64,000 bases of DNA from NCBI GenBank assembly GCA_016934855.1, contig JAFGSA010000025.1:231-64230 (forward strand). Reading direction: 5' to 3'. The notes below the pieces were generated by a model that was given only the letters and a program-made list of their open reading frames with translations, did no database searches and was not told the origin of the DNA. Shown here piece after piece: positions 25,408 through 34,477 of the stretch (position 1 is its first letter; every line of letters starts with the position of its first letter). Source of the stretch: Elusimicrobiota bacterium (GTDB lineage Bacteria > CG03 > SLGR01 > JAFGSA01). Position numbers and translations under genes: made by a program.

Positions 25408-26921
25408 AGACGGAACATAAGAGGCTTATAGGAAAAGGAGCTGTATATTCGGTCGGTTCTGTGCTGGAAAAAGCGCTTACCGTAGTACTGCTGCCGGTTT
25501 ATACCAGGTATCTATACCCCGAAGCTTTCGGGATAATAGCCATAATGCTTGTCACCGTAGGCCTTATAAACAAGCTTCTTATAGCCCCGGAGACCATGGG
25601 CCTGATCAGGCATTATTTCGCGCCGGGTTTCGAAGAGAAGCAGAAAACGCTGGTCTTCAACCTGTTCCTGATAATACTGCTCAAGACCCTGCCGTTCACG
25701 GTCCTGTTTTTCGCGTTCGCCGGGCATATAGCGGGATTTTTACTTGGAGAGGAAACGTATACCGGGATAATCAGGATATTCGCGTTCGTCATATTGTTCC
25801 AGTCTGTTTCCGGACTGGGGCTGACGGTACTGCGTATGGAAGAAAAAGCGAAAAGCTTTATCGCGGTCTCGATAATCGGTTTTCTGGTGTCCGCGGCGGC
25901 GGTCCTGGTGCTGTTGATAGGCTTCAATCTCGGGGTAACTGCGCTCGTCTGGGGGTACCTGATAAATCCCCTGGTGGTATTTGTCCTTCTTCTGCCCTAT
26001 ATTATGTCGAAGATAAAAATCAGATGGGATTTTGATCTTATACTGCCGGTGCTTTTTTACGGGTATCCGCTCCTGGTGAGCGCTTTCTCCAATATGCTTA
26101 TACAGGCGGGGGACCGGTACGTGCTGAAGGCGCTCGGTACGCTGAGCATGGTGGGGGTCTACAGTTTCGGCTACGCAGTGGCAAGCATCGTCAATGTGGT
26201 CCTGGTGGTCCCTTTAAAACAGATCAACGGCCCGGTTATATTCAAAATGGAGAACGACGAGGAGAAACTGAAAAAGTTCCTGAGAGATTCCACGACATAT
26301 ATATATTTCGTCATGATGATGTTCGGGCTTCTGCTCTCATTGTTCTCCGGAGAGACTATCAGGATACTGGCTGCAAAAAAGGAGTTCTGGGCGGGATGGG
26401 TGATAGTGCCGATCATCGTTTTTTCGTATGTGCAGCACGGACTCGGGGCTTGCGTCAGTAACGGGCTTGTCCTGGCAAAGAAGACTTTACTGTTGTCGGG
26501 GATGATACTGACGGCGGCTGTTCTTAACATAGGCCTTAATTTCCTGCTGATACCGGTATGGGGTATCGTCGGCGCTGCACTCGCGACGATGATATCCTAT
26601 ATAGTCTGGAACTCGCTGAAAATATATTTTACGGATAGATATTTCGGACTTAAATTCCAGAACGGCAGGCTTATCCACATCACGGCAGCGGCGGCAGCGG
26701 TGTATATGGTATCGCTCTTCGTGGCGCCTGAGGGGAACAGCCAGCTTCTGAATATACTGTGGAAATGTCTTCTTTTCGTGAGTTTTCCCGTCCTTATGTA
26801 TTTTACGGGATTTTTCGAGAAATGGGAGAAAGAGCGGCTCAAAGCTCATTATAATTCGATGAGGAAAACAGGTCTTGCAGGTTTTATAAAAGAAAGGATA
26901 GATTCGATAAAACAGTCCTAG
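25404..26921 (+). CDS. wzx: Wzx-type polysaccharide flippase (MOP superfamily)
   Basis: Over 12 TM segments and an N-terminal LLPVYTRYLYPEAFG motif typical of polysaccharide biosynthesis (PST) proteins. ATGA overlap with lipB. Confidence 0.8.
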   Translation: MKTEHKRLIGKGAVYSVGSVLEKALTVVLLPVYTRYLYPEAFGIIAIMLVTVGLINKLLIAPETMGLIRHYFAPGFEEKQKTLVFNLFLIILLKTLPFTVLFFAFAGHIAGFLLGEETYTGIIRIFAFVILFQSVSGLGLTVLRMEEKAKSFIAVSIIGFLVSAAAVLVLLIGFNLGVTALVWGYLINPLVVFVLLLPYIMSKIKIRWDFDLILPVLFYGYPLLVSAFSNMLIQAGDRYVLKALGTLSMVGVYSFGYAVASIVNVVLVVPLKQINGPVIFKMENDEEKLKKFLRDSTTYIYFVMMMFGLLLSLFSGETIRILAAKKEFWAGWVIVPIIVFSYVQHGLGACVSNGLVLAKKTLLLSGMILTAAVLNIGLNFLLIPVWGIVGAALATMISYIVWNSLKIYFTDRYFGLKFQNGRLIHITAAAAAVYMVSLFVAPEGNSQLLNILWKCLLFVSFPVLMYFTGFFEKWEKERLKAHYNSMRKTGLAGFIKERIDSIKQS

Positions 26922-26925
26922 CGGC

Positions 26926-28584
26926 ATGGAGAATAGAAAAAGGAAAAACATAATTATAGGGCTCGACGGGGCAACGTGGGATGTCCTGGACGGGTTCATC
27001 GGACGCGGGCTGATGCCCAATCTTGCCAGGTTGAGACAGGAGGGGTCATGGGGCGGGCTCAGATCCACCGTGCCTCCTCTTACGCCTCCGGCCTGGGTAT
27101 CCTTCATGACGGGATGCAATCCCGGTAAGACCGGTATATGCGGATTTACAAAACGCAGCCTGGACGGATCCAATACCTATTACAGGGAGTATATAAATTC
27201 CGGAGATATAGGCGTCCCTACTGTCTGGGATATACTTTCCTCCTTCGGCAGGAAAGTGATATCCGTCAACGTTCCTATGACGTTCCCCGTGTGGGAAATA
27301 AACGGCTGCATGATCTCCGGCATGATGACGCCTTCTGAGAGCGAAGTATATACTTATCCCGCCCGGCTGAAGGAAGAGCTCGCGAAAAACGGCATCAGCT
27401 ACAGGATAGATTACATGCTGCACGGCCGCGCGGAGAAGAAAAAGGACAGTGCATACCTGGATAGGATAGATGCCTTCGGGGCGAAACTGTATTTCGATGA
27501 TCTTGCGGATCTTCTCAAAAAAAGGATGGCTGCCGTGAATTACCTCATGGTCAACAGGGAATGGGATTATTTCATGTTCGTCATCGTGGGGATGGACAGG
27601 ATACAGCACCATCTGTGGGATTATATAGCCGATGAGTATAAAGATCCCGAAGTGACCCGCAACATCCATGCATATTACGGGGAGGTGGATAACTGCATCG
27701 GAAAGATCATGGCTCAAAACGGTGAAGAGGCCAACTATATAGTGCTCTCGGATCACGGGTTCGCGAAGCTGGAGGGAAACCTGGGGCTGAATTTCTGGCT
27801 CAGGGAGAAAGGGTACCTCGTTCTCGATAATAGAGAAAAAGGAAGGGCGATGGTTAAGAATGTCATCTCGAAGCTGGGTATAAACCCGAGAAGACTGGCC
27901 GAAATGATATTGGGAAAGCGTAAAACTGTCAGTGAACAAAAGAAGACATCGGGAGTTGACTGGAAGAATACGAAGGCTTTCTCCAGCGACAGGGACTCGA
28001 TAACGGTTAACCTCAAGGGCAGGGAAACGGACGGTATAGTGGAAGAGAGTGATTATCCCTGTCTTGTCGCGGAGATCATATCGGCGCTCAAGAGCGACCG
28101 GCTTATAAGCGAAAAACATATATTGAAGGATATTCACCGCAGCAAAGATATATACAGCGGAGACCGGGCGGTCGGTTTTCCGGACATGATACTGGAGTTC
28201 GGCGGTCCCGGCGGTTCGGCAAGCAGCCCGTTTAAATCCTACAGGGAAAAAAACCTCTTTTCCAGGGACGGATGGTCGCAGGGAGAACACGCCAGGGAGG
28301 GTATATTCGTCATGAAAGGCCCTGAAGTTAAGCGGAACCGGGGGCGGCTGCTGCTGGATATAACGGATCTGCTTCCCAATATACTGTATCTTAACGGGGA
28401 GAATATACCGCGGCATCTCGACGGCAGGGTGGAAAACTCTCTTTACGCCGGCGGTTTCACGGAAATAAACAAGCCTCGATACGCGGAATATGCGCCCGGC
28501 AAACCCGGCGGCCGGAAATACGGTTACTCCGAAGAAGAAGCGAAAAAAATAGAGGCCCGGCTGAAATCGCTGGGATACATGTAA
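26926..28584 (+). CDS. Alkaline-phosphatase-superfamily protein, paralog 3 (longer, more divergent)
   Basis: Motifs IIIGLDGATWDVL, PPLTPPAWVSFMTG, GMDRIQHHLWDY, LSDHGF and VDWKNTKAF follow the same order as paralogs 1 and 2. No signal peptide. Confidence 0.7.
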   Translation: MENRKRKNIIIGLDGATWDVLDGFIGRGLMPNLARLRQEGSWGGLRSTVPPLTPPAWVSFMTGCNPGKTGICGFTKRSLDGSNTYYREYINSGDIGVPTVWDILSSFGRKVISVNVPMTFPVWEINGCMISGMMTPSESEVYTYPARLKEELAKNGISYRIDYMLHGRAEKKKDSAYLDRIDAFGAKLYFDDLADLLKKRMAAVNYLMVNREWDYFMFVIVGMDRIQHHLWDYIADEYKDPEVTRNIHAYYGEVDNCIGKIMAQNGEEANYIVLSDHGFAKLEGNLGLNFWLREKGYLVLDNREKGRAMVKNVISKLGINPRRLAEMILGKRKTVSEQKKTSGVDWKNTKAFSSDRDSITVNLKGRETDGIVEESDYPCLVAEIISALKSDRLISEKHILKDIHRSKDIYSGDRAVGFPDMILEFGGPGGSASSPFKSYREKNLFSRDGWSQGEHAREGIFVMKGPEVKRNRGRLLLDITDLLPNILYLNGENIPRHLDGRVENSLYAGGFTEINKPRYAEYAPGKPGGRKYGYSEEEAKKIEARLKSLGYM

Positions 28585-30494
28585 TGTGCGGGATATGCGG
28601 TATACTCTGTAGAGACGGGCGTACTGCCGATGAAAACCTGCTCAGGGAGATGACGGGGCTTATGGTCCACAGGGGTCCCGACGACGATGGATATTATTTC
28701 AGCAGTCAGCCGTCAGGCTCAGGATGCCAGGCGGGTCTGGGGATGAGAAGGCTGAAGATAATCGACCTGGAGACCGGTCACCAGCCGGTCTATAACGAAG
28801 ACAGGTCTATATGGATAATATGCAACGGGGAAACATATAATTACCGCGAACTCAGGAAAGAACTGAAGAGCAGGCACAGGTTCTATACAAAGACGGATGT
28901 CGAAGTGATACTGCATCTTTACGAGGAATACGGGACCGACTGTCTCAGGTATATGAGGGGGATGTTTGCTTTCGCTATCTGGGACTCGAGAAAAGGGAGG
29001 CTTTTCCTTGCGCGGGACAGGCTGGGGCAGAAACCGCTCTACTACATGACGATGGGCGAAAATCTATATTTTGCCTCCGAGATCAAATGCTTTCTGAAAG
29101 TGCCGGGTTTCGAAAAGGAGATAGATCTTTCCGCCATACATGATTATCTGACTTACCAGTTCATACCGTCTCCGAAGACGATATGGAAAAACGTATACGC
29201 GCTCAGGCCGGCTTCCTTCATGCTGGCGGACGGAAACGGGATTTCCGGCCCGGTCGATTACTGGGACCTGGATTTCACAAAAAAAACAGACCTGAGTTTC
29301 GAGGAATCGAAAGACAGGCTCAGGTATCTTCTGGAAGAATCGACCAGGCTCAGAATGATATCGGATGTGCCTCTGGGAGCGTTTCTGTCGGGCGGGCACG
29401 ACTCTACGGTGATAGTCGGCCTCATGAGTAAACTGTCTTCCAGTCCCGTTAAGACGTTCTCTATAGGTTTCAGGGAAGACGAGTTTTCGGAGCTCAAGTA
29501 CGCCAGGATAGTGTCAGAGAGGTTCAAAACGGAACATAACGAGTTCATAATTGATCCCAGATATACCGAAATGCTCCCGAAGATAGTATGGCACTATGAC
29601 CAGCCCTACGCCGACTGTTCCGCCCTTCCGAGTTATTACGTAGCGATGGTGACCAGAAAACATGTGACCGTGGCGCTCAACGGCGACGGCGGTGACGAGA
29701 ACTTTGCCGGTTATCTGAAATACAGGGCGATGAAATTATCCCAGGTATTGTCGCCGTTTTTCAGGGTGCTGCCGAAAAACGCCGTTAAATCCGTGATGGG
29801 CCTTCTGCCTATGAACGAATCAAAACGCGCCAGAGGAAGCCTGCGTTATATCCACAGGTTCGTCAACGCGCTCGCGGATGCACCTGCTGTCAGGAATATA
29901 GTCTGGCGGGCATATTTCACGAAAGACCTGAAAGAATCAATTTATTCCGATATGATGAAGACCGGTCCCGTAAAGGATACTTCATACGAATCGCAGATAG
30001 AACTGTTCAATTCCGTGAAGGCGGATAACAATATAGACAGGATGCTGTATTCCGATATCCTGACATACCTGCCGGACGACCTGCTGGTCAAGATGGACAT
30101 AGCCTGCATGGCCAACTCGCTGGAGGGAAGGTCTCCTTTCCTGGACCATCATGTCATGGAATTCACGAGCAGCCTTCCTCCCGGGTGGAAGCTGAAGGGG
30201 CTGAAGAGCAAATATATACTCAAGGAAGCTTTCAGGGAATATTTCCCTGACGAAATAATCGGGAGGAAGAAGCAGGGGTTCAGCATCCCTCTCGGAAAAT
30301 GGTTTAAAACCGAGCTGAAAGATTACCTGTATGATGTCGTCTTGTCCGACAGGGCGCTGGGGCGCGGCTATTTCAGCCGTGCCGGACTGGAAGCGCTCCT
30401 GGAAAGCCACATGGAAGGGAACAGGGATTACGGTTTCTGTCTCTGGGCTCTGCTCATGCTGGAGCTCTGGCACAGGGAGTTCGCGGATGCCTGA
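28584..30494 (+). CDS. Asparagine synthase-family glutamine amidotransferase (AsnB-like), copy 2
   Basis: N-terminal MCGICGI and PP-loop LSGGHDST. The start overlaps the upstream stop (TAATG). Confidence 0.9.
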   Translation: MCGICGILCRDGRTADENLLREMTGLMVHRGPDDDGYYFSSQPSGSGCQAGLGMRRLKIIDLETGHQPVYNEDRSIWIICNGETYNYRELRKELKSRHRFYTKTDVEVILHLYEEYGTDCLRYMRGMFAFAIWDSRKGRLFLARDRLGQKPLYYMTMGENLYFASEIKCFLKVPGFEKEIDLSAIHDYLTYQFIPSPKTIWKNVYALRPASFMLADGNGISGPVDYWDLDFTKKTDLSFEESKDRLRYLLEESTRLRMISDVPLGAFLSGGHDSTVIVGLMSKLSSSPVKTFSIGFREDEFSELKYARIVSERFKTEHNEFIIDPRYTEMLPKIVWHYDQPYADCSALPSYYVAMVTRKHVTVALNGDGGDENFAGYLKYRAMKLSQVLSPFFRVLPKNAVKSVMGLLPMNESKRARGSLRYIHRFVNALADAPAVRNIVWRAYFTKDLKESIYSDMMKTGPVKDTSYESQIELFNSVKADNNIDRMLYSDILTYLPDDLLVKMDIACMANSLEGRSPFLDHHVMEFTSSLPPGWKLKGLKSKYILKEAFREYFPDEIIGRKKQGFSIPLGKWFKTELKDYLYDVVLSDRALGRGYFSRAGLEALLESHMEGNRDYGFCLWALLMLELWHREFADA

Positions 30495-31227
30495 ACGCAG
30501 AGCGCAACCTCTGAAAAAAGCCGTAGCAGAAAGAGCCGAAAGGAGAAACCTTACAATAACGCTCGATAAGATGAGGTATGCGCTTGAACACTGGATAGGC
30601 CTGGTGGAGGATAAGCAGAGGGCCCTATCTGTAGGGTGCGGCAACGGCCACAGGATATGCCTGATGGGCCTCGAGTACGGTTTTTCCTCAATAGTCGGAG
30701 TGGATCCATACATAGCATCCGACGGGAGCAGCAGCGAGGATTATCAGAAACTGCTCGACCTGATAGCCGAACTGGGGCTGTTCGGGAGGATCGAGATAGT
30801 GAAAAAGACCGCGCAGGATTATCTTACAGACATGCGGGATAACGCGAAGTTCTCCCTGGTTATGATAAATGACGCACTGCATTACATGTATAAAACGAAG
30901 AAGCTCCTGCATGAGGATGCTGTCTGCTACAGTAATTTCGTGGGGTTCCTGGCCGATTTAAGGAAGGTCATGAACGATGGCTCGCTGCTCATGATCGAAG
31001 AAGTCAAAAGAGACCGTTTAAGGAGTATGCTGCCGATGTTCAGGAAAATGGACTATTCGACAAAGCAGCCGGCCCGGGAATGGAAAACAGCTCTGGAGGA
31101 CGCCGGCTTCTATATACTTAGAACCGTGACTTACCTGCCTTATCTTTTCAGGAAGTTCAGGATACTGATAGATAATCCGCTGGGGCGTATTCTATGCTCC
31201 AGGTACTTTATTATATGCAGAAAATGA
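30487..31227 (+). CDS. SAM-dependent methyltransferase (class I)
   Basis: Motif I-like LSVGCGNGHRI, then LVMINDALHYM. The ATG at 30487 overlaps the AsnB stop by 8 nt. The listed 30331 start would lie deep inside AsnB. Confidence 0.6.
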   Translation: MPERRAQPLKKAVAERAERRNLTITLDKMRYALEHWIGLVEDKQRALSVGCGNGHRICLMGLEYGFSSIVGVDPYIASDGSSSEDYQKLLDLIAELGLFGRIEIVKKTAQDYLTDMRDNAKFSLVMINDALHYMYKTKKLLHEDAVCYSNFVGFLADLRKVMNDGSLLMIEEVKRDRLRSMLPMFRKMDYSTKQPAREWKTALEDAGFYILRTVTYLPYLFRKFRILIDNPLGRILCSRYFIICRK

Positions 31228-31264
31228 ATAAAATAAGTAAGCAGCAGACAGGAGAACCGGACTT

Positions 31265-32383
31265 GTGAAAAGAATAAAGATATTATTTGTGCTGGATTCG
31301 CTCCATATAGGCGGTGCGCAGCGCGCTTTCATCAATATACTCAGGTACATAGACAGGGATATGTTCGAAGTCGGCCTGGCACTGGTAAAAAAAGCGGGAG
31401 AACTTACGGAGCTGCTTCCCGAAGACATAGCGGTTTACGATATGAACTGTCAGGCAGCGCGGTATGCCCTGTTCAGGACTGCAGGGATAATACGTAAATT
31501 CTCGCCCGATATAGTATTCTCTACTCTTTCCTATATCAATGAACTGGTCTATCTTTCTAGAAAACTGGTCAGAAATCCTCCTCCTGCCGTGATGAGGTGC
31601 GCAAATTTCGAATCGATAAACCTGGGCACGGAATCCTTCCTGACAAGGATGCTCATGAAGAAGGCGTACGGTTCCGCAGACAGGGTCATAGCGCTGACCA
31701 GGACCATGAGGGAAGACCTTTCGGATTCTTTCGGAATAGACGGCGGGAAGATAAGCGTGATATCCAATATGGTTGATTCGGCCGCTGTCGGAAAAGACGC
31801 GGAAGAAGATGTGGAAGAAGACCTCTTCAGGCACAGGAGGGAAGTCCCTTACGTGATAGGCGCGGGAAGCCTCACGAGGCAGAAAGGTTTCGATTACCTG
31901 CTGAAAGGATTTGCCCAGTACCGTAAAGAGAAAGAGATGAAGCTGATAATAATCGGCGAAGGGGAGATGAGAGACGAACTGGTCAAACTCGCCTCCATAT
32001 TGAAAATAGAGAACGACCTGTATATGCCGGGGCAGAAGGCAAACCCTTATAAGTACATAGCAAAGTGTGACGTGTTCGTTTTGTCTTCGCTGTGGGAAGG
32101 ATTCCCGAATGTCCTGCTGGAAGCCATGGCCTGCGGCGTGCCGGTCATATCTACCAGCTGCCAGTCGGGGCCGTCTGAGATAATAACGAGCGGGTTGAAC
32201 GGGATACTGGTGCCTGCGGAAGACGCCGATTCCATAGCGCATGCCCTTAAAAGAGTAGTGGAAGATTTCGAATACAGGAACGAACTGGCCAGAAATGCAA
32301 AGGAGACCGTATCCGGATACAGCCCCGATATCATCATCAGGGAGTATGAAAAAATCTTCAAAGAAGTAGCTTTCAGCAGATGA
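31265..32383 (+). CDS. Glycosyltransferase family 4 (GT-B)
   Basis: Signature EGFPNVLLEAMACGVPVIST and N-terminal ILFVLDSLHIGGAQR. GTG start. Confidence 0.88.
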   Translation: MKRIKILFVLDSLHIGGAQRAFINILRYIDRDMFEVGLALVKKAGELTELLPEDIAVYDMNCQAARYALFRTAGIIRKFSPDIVFSTLSYINELVYLSRKLVRNPPPAVMRCANFESINLGTESFLTRMLMKKAYGSADRVIALTRTMREDLSDSFGIDGGKISVISNMVDSAAVGKDAEEDVEEDLFRHRREVPYVIGAGSLTRQKGFDYLLKGFAQYRKEKEMKLIIIGEGEMRDELVKLASILKIENDLYMPGQKANPYKYIAKCDVFVLSSLWEGFPNVLLEAMACGVPVISTSCQSGPSEIITSGLNGILVPAEDADSIAHALKRVVEDFEYRNELARNAKETVSGYSPDIIIREYEKIFKEVAFSR

Positions 32384-33387
32384 CGGCGTCCTATTACGGG
32401 AACAAGATAGACACGCTGAAAGAGATATTCGGCACGGAGGATATAGAGATCGGCGGAACGCAGCTGAAGGCTGGCGGAAAAGTGTATCCTGTCGTAGACG
32501 ATGTCATAATACTGCTTGACCGGCCGCACTATACAGCGCATCTGAAAGGAAGGCTGAAGGCTGAACAGGTCCCGGGTATCCCTGCGGAAGATTTTGCCGA
32601 AGACATCCAGTATTCTTTCGGGGAAGAATGGAAGAACTATAAAGATATCCTGCCGGAACACTCCGGCGAATTCTTCGGGTATTTTGATATAGTCGATATG
32701 CCTGCGCTGAAAAACAAAAGGGTCTGCGACCTGGGCTGCGGCAACGGAAGATGGAGCTATTTCCTCGCGGGCGGGTGCAGGGAAATAATACTGGTGGATT
32801 TCTCAGACTCTATATTCGAAGCCCGCAGGAACCTCAAGGGCGCGGATAACTGCCTGTTCTTCATGTGCGATATTAAAAGACTGCCTTTCAGGGACGATTT
32901 CGCGGATTTCATCCTCTGCCTCGGAGTGCTGCACCACCTGCCGACGCCCTGTCTCGAAGAAGTACGCGGGCTCGCCAGGTTCGCCCCGGAACTTCTGGTA
33001 TTCCTTTACTACGCGCTGGATAACCGGCCTTTCTATTTCAGATACATATTAAACTGCATTACTCTCGTAAGACGGGTTACCGCGGGCATCAGGAACGCTG
33101 TTTTCAGGAACGTCTTCACCGGACTGGTCGCCGCGGCGGTATACCTGCCGCTGGTCCGTCTGGGCAAGGTGATGGAAGCGGCGGCAGGCGCGGGAAGCGG
33201 CGTGCCGCTTTACGACGCTTACAAGGATAAGAGCCTCGCCAGGATCAGGCAGGATGTTTATGACAGGTTTTTTACCAGGATAGAACAGCGCGTTTCGCGC
33301 GTCGATATTATGAAACTGGAAGACACTTTCTCGAAGGTCGCAATATCCCCGAACATCCCTTACTGGCATTTTTATTGCGTAAAATAA
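32380..33387 (+). CDS. SAM-dependent methyltransferase with a Trm112-like N-terminal segment
   Basis: N-terminal YPVVDDVIILLD, motif I VCDLGCGNGRWS, and FILCLGVLHHL. ATGA overlap with the GT4 gene. Confidence 0.7.
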   Translation: MTASYYGNKIDTLKEIFGTEDIEIGGTQLKAGGKVYPVVDDVIILLDRPHYTAHLKGRLKAEQVPGIPAEDFAEDIQYSFGEEWKNYKDILPEHSGEFFGYFDIVDMPALKNKRVCDLGCGNGRWSYFLAGGCREIILVDFSDSIFEARRNLKGADNCLFFMCDIKRLPFRDDFADFILCLGVLHHLPTPCLEEVRGLARFAPELLVFLYYALDNRPFYFRYILNCITLVRRVTAGIRNAVFRNVFTGLVAAAVYLPLVRLGKVMEAAAGAGSGVPLYDAYKDKSLARIRQDVYDRFFTRIEQRVSRVDIMKLEDTFSKVAISPNIPYWHFYCVK

Positions 33388-33408
33388 AAGCCCGCTGTGC
33401 GGCAAATG

Positions 33409-33437
33409 TTGATTTAGTGCCGATAAATGGCTAAAAT
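33409..33437 (+). promoter_or_regulatory. Candidate sigma70-type promoter (TTGATT-17 nt-TAAAAT) in an AT-rich gap
   Basis: TTGATT at 33409-33414 and TAAAAT at 33432-33437. It lies in the 91-nt AT-rich intergenic gap upstream of the TPR gene at 33479. A TATAAT at 33455-33460 has no well-spaced -35 box. Confidence 0.3.
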
Positions 33438-33478
33438 TACAAAATATACTAGATTATAATATTTTTAAATATTTAAAG

Positions 33479-34477
33479 ATGAACATATTTTTTATAACAC
33501 TGCTCCTGCTCCTTTTCATAATGATGAGCCTGATAATCTATAACCTGGTCGGCAGGATATTCAGGCAGCGCAGCCTGATAAGGTTCAGGAAGAAGATAAT
33601 GGAGAGGGTGGAGCCGGTTTCCGGCAGCGAGGCGAAGCTGTACGAGCAGGTGGTAAGGAAAAACAATGTCGACGCGGCCCTGCATGCCTGGGGATGTTTT
33701 CTCCTGCTGAGGTATTACCGGAATGTGATGGATACGGATCCTTCCTTTATGCCGAAAGCTATAGAGTACGGCGAGATAATAAGAGAAAAGCATAAGCTGC
33801 ATTCTTTCTACGAAGATGCGATGTTCATGCTCGGGAACATGTATTTTTTCAACACCAAGGAATTCAGTAAAGTCATAAACGTCTACCAGGAGCTTGTAAG
33901 GAATAATATAAACAGCAAATGGAGAAGCATCTGCGTGAACAGGATAAAACTGATCAAGGAGAACGCCGACGAGGAAGCGCTGAAGCTCTACGTGACGGCG
34001 GAGAGAAACTTCGAAGAGTCCAGGTTCGAAGAAGCCGAGGTATACCTGAAGAAAGTGATAGACAATTACCCCGATACGAAACTGGCCCTTTCGGCTCTCT
34101 ATTTTCTCGGCGACATCAACTACTATAAATATAACGACCTGGATAAAGCGATAAGATATTACAGGAAAATAGTGGATAAATCTCCCGAACATACAATCGC
34201 AAGACGCTCTCTTTATAAAATAGGAGAGATCTGGCGCAAGAGGAATAAACCCGAGAACGCTATAGACGTTTACAGGGAGTATATCGATAAATTCAGGAAT
34301 TCGTCATATATTGACGACGTTTATTTTTATATAGGCGAATGTTACCAGAAAATAGGCAAGCTGAGAGCCGCAAAGAACTCCTACAGCCTGGTCCTGGGCG
34401 ATCACCCGGACAGCAAGTGGACGGAAGTCATTTACTATAAGGTCCAGGAAATAAACAAAATCCTGAAGGAGCTCTGA
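33479..34477 (+). CDS. TPR-repeat protein with an N-terminal membrane anchor
   Basis: N-terminal TM helix (IFFITLLLLLFIMMSLIIYNLV). Repeated TPR-like units follow (YFLGDINYYKYNDLDKAIRYYRKIVDKSPEH, YFYIGECYQKIGKLRAAKNSYSLVLGDHPDS). Confidence 0.6.
   Translation: MNIFFITLLLLLFIMMSLIIYNLVGRIFRQRSLIRFRKKIMERVEPVSGSEAKLYEQVVRKNNVDAALHAWGCFLLLRYYRNVMDTDPSFMPKAIEYGEIIREKHKLHSFYEDAMFMLGNMYFFNTKEFSKVINVYQELVRNNINSKWRSICVNRIKLIKENADEEALKLYVTAERNFEESRFEEAEVYLKKVIDNYPDTKLALSALYFLGDINYYKYNDLDKAIRYYRKIVDKSPEHTIARRSLYKIGEIWRKRNKPENAIDVYREYIDKFRNSSYIDDVYFYIGECYQKIGKLRAAKNSYSLVLGDHPDSKWTEVIYYKVQEINKILKEL

Noticed and set aside
30331-30486. Upstream extension of the methyltransferase ORF into AsnB-2.
   Set aside because: The extension lies in an alternative frame of the well-supported AsnB-2 C-terminus. 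The ATG at 30487 overlaps the AsnB stop by only 8 nt. The same logic applies to 36728-36784 (GT4), 45386-45409 (ackA) and 43644-43670 (fumarase alpha).
33388-33408. Possible terminator hairpin after the methyltransferase gene (GCCCGCTGTGCGGC).
   Set aside because: Only about 4 bp can pair (CCGC/GCGG) around a 3-nt loop, and no U-tract follows. That is too weak to call.
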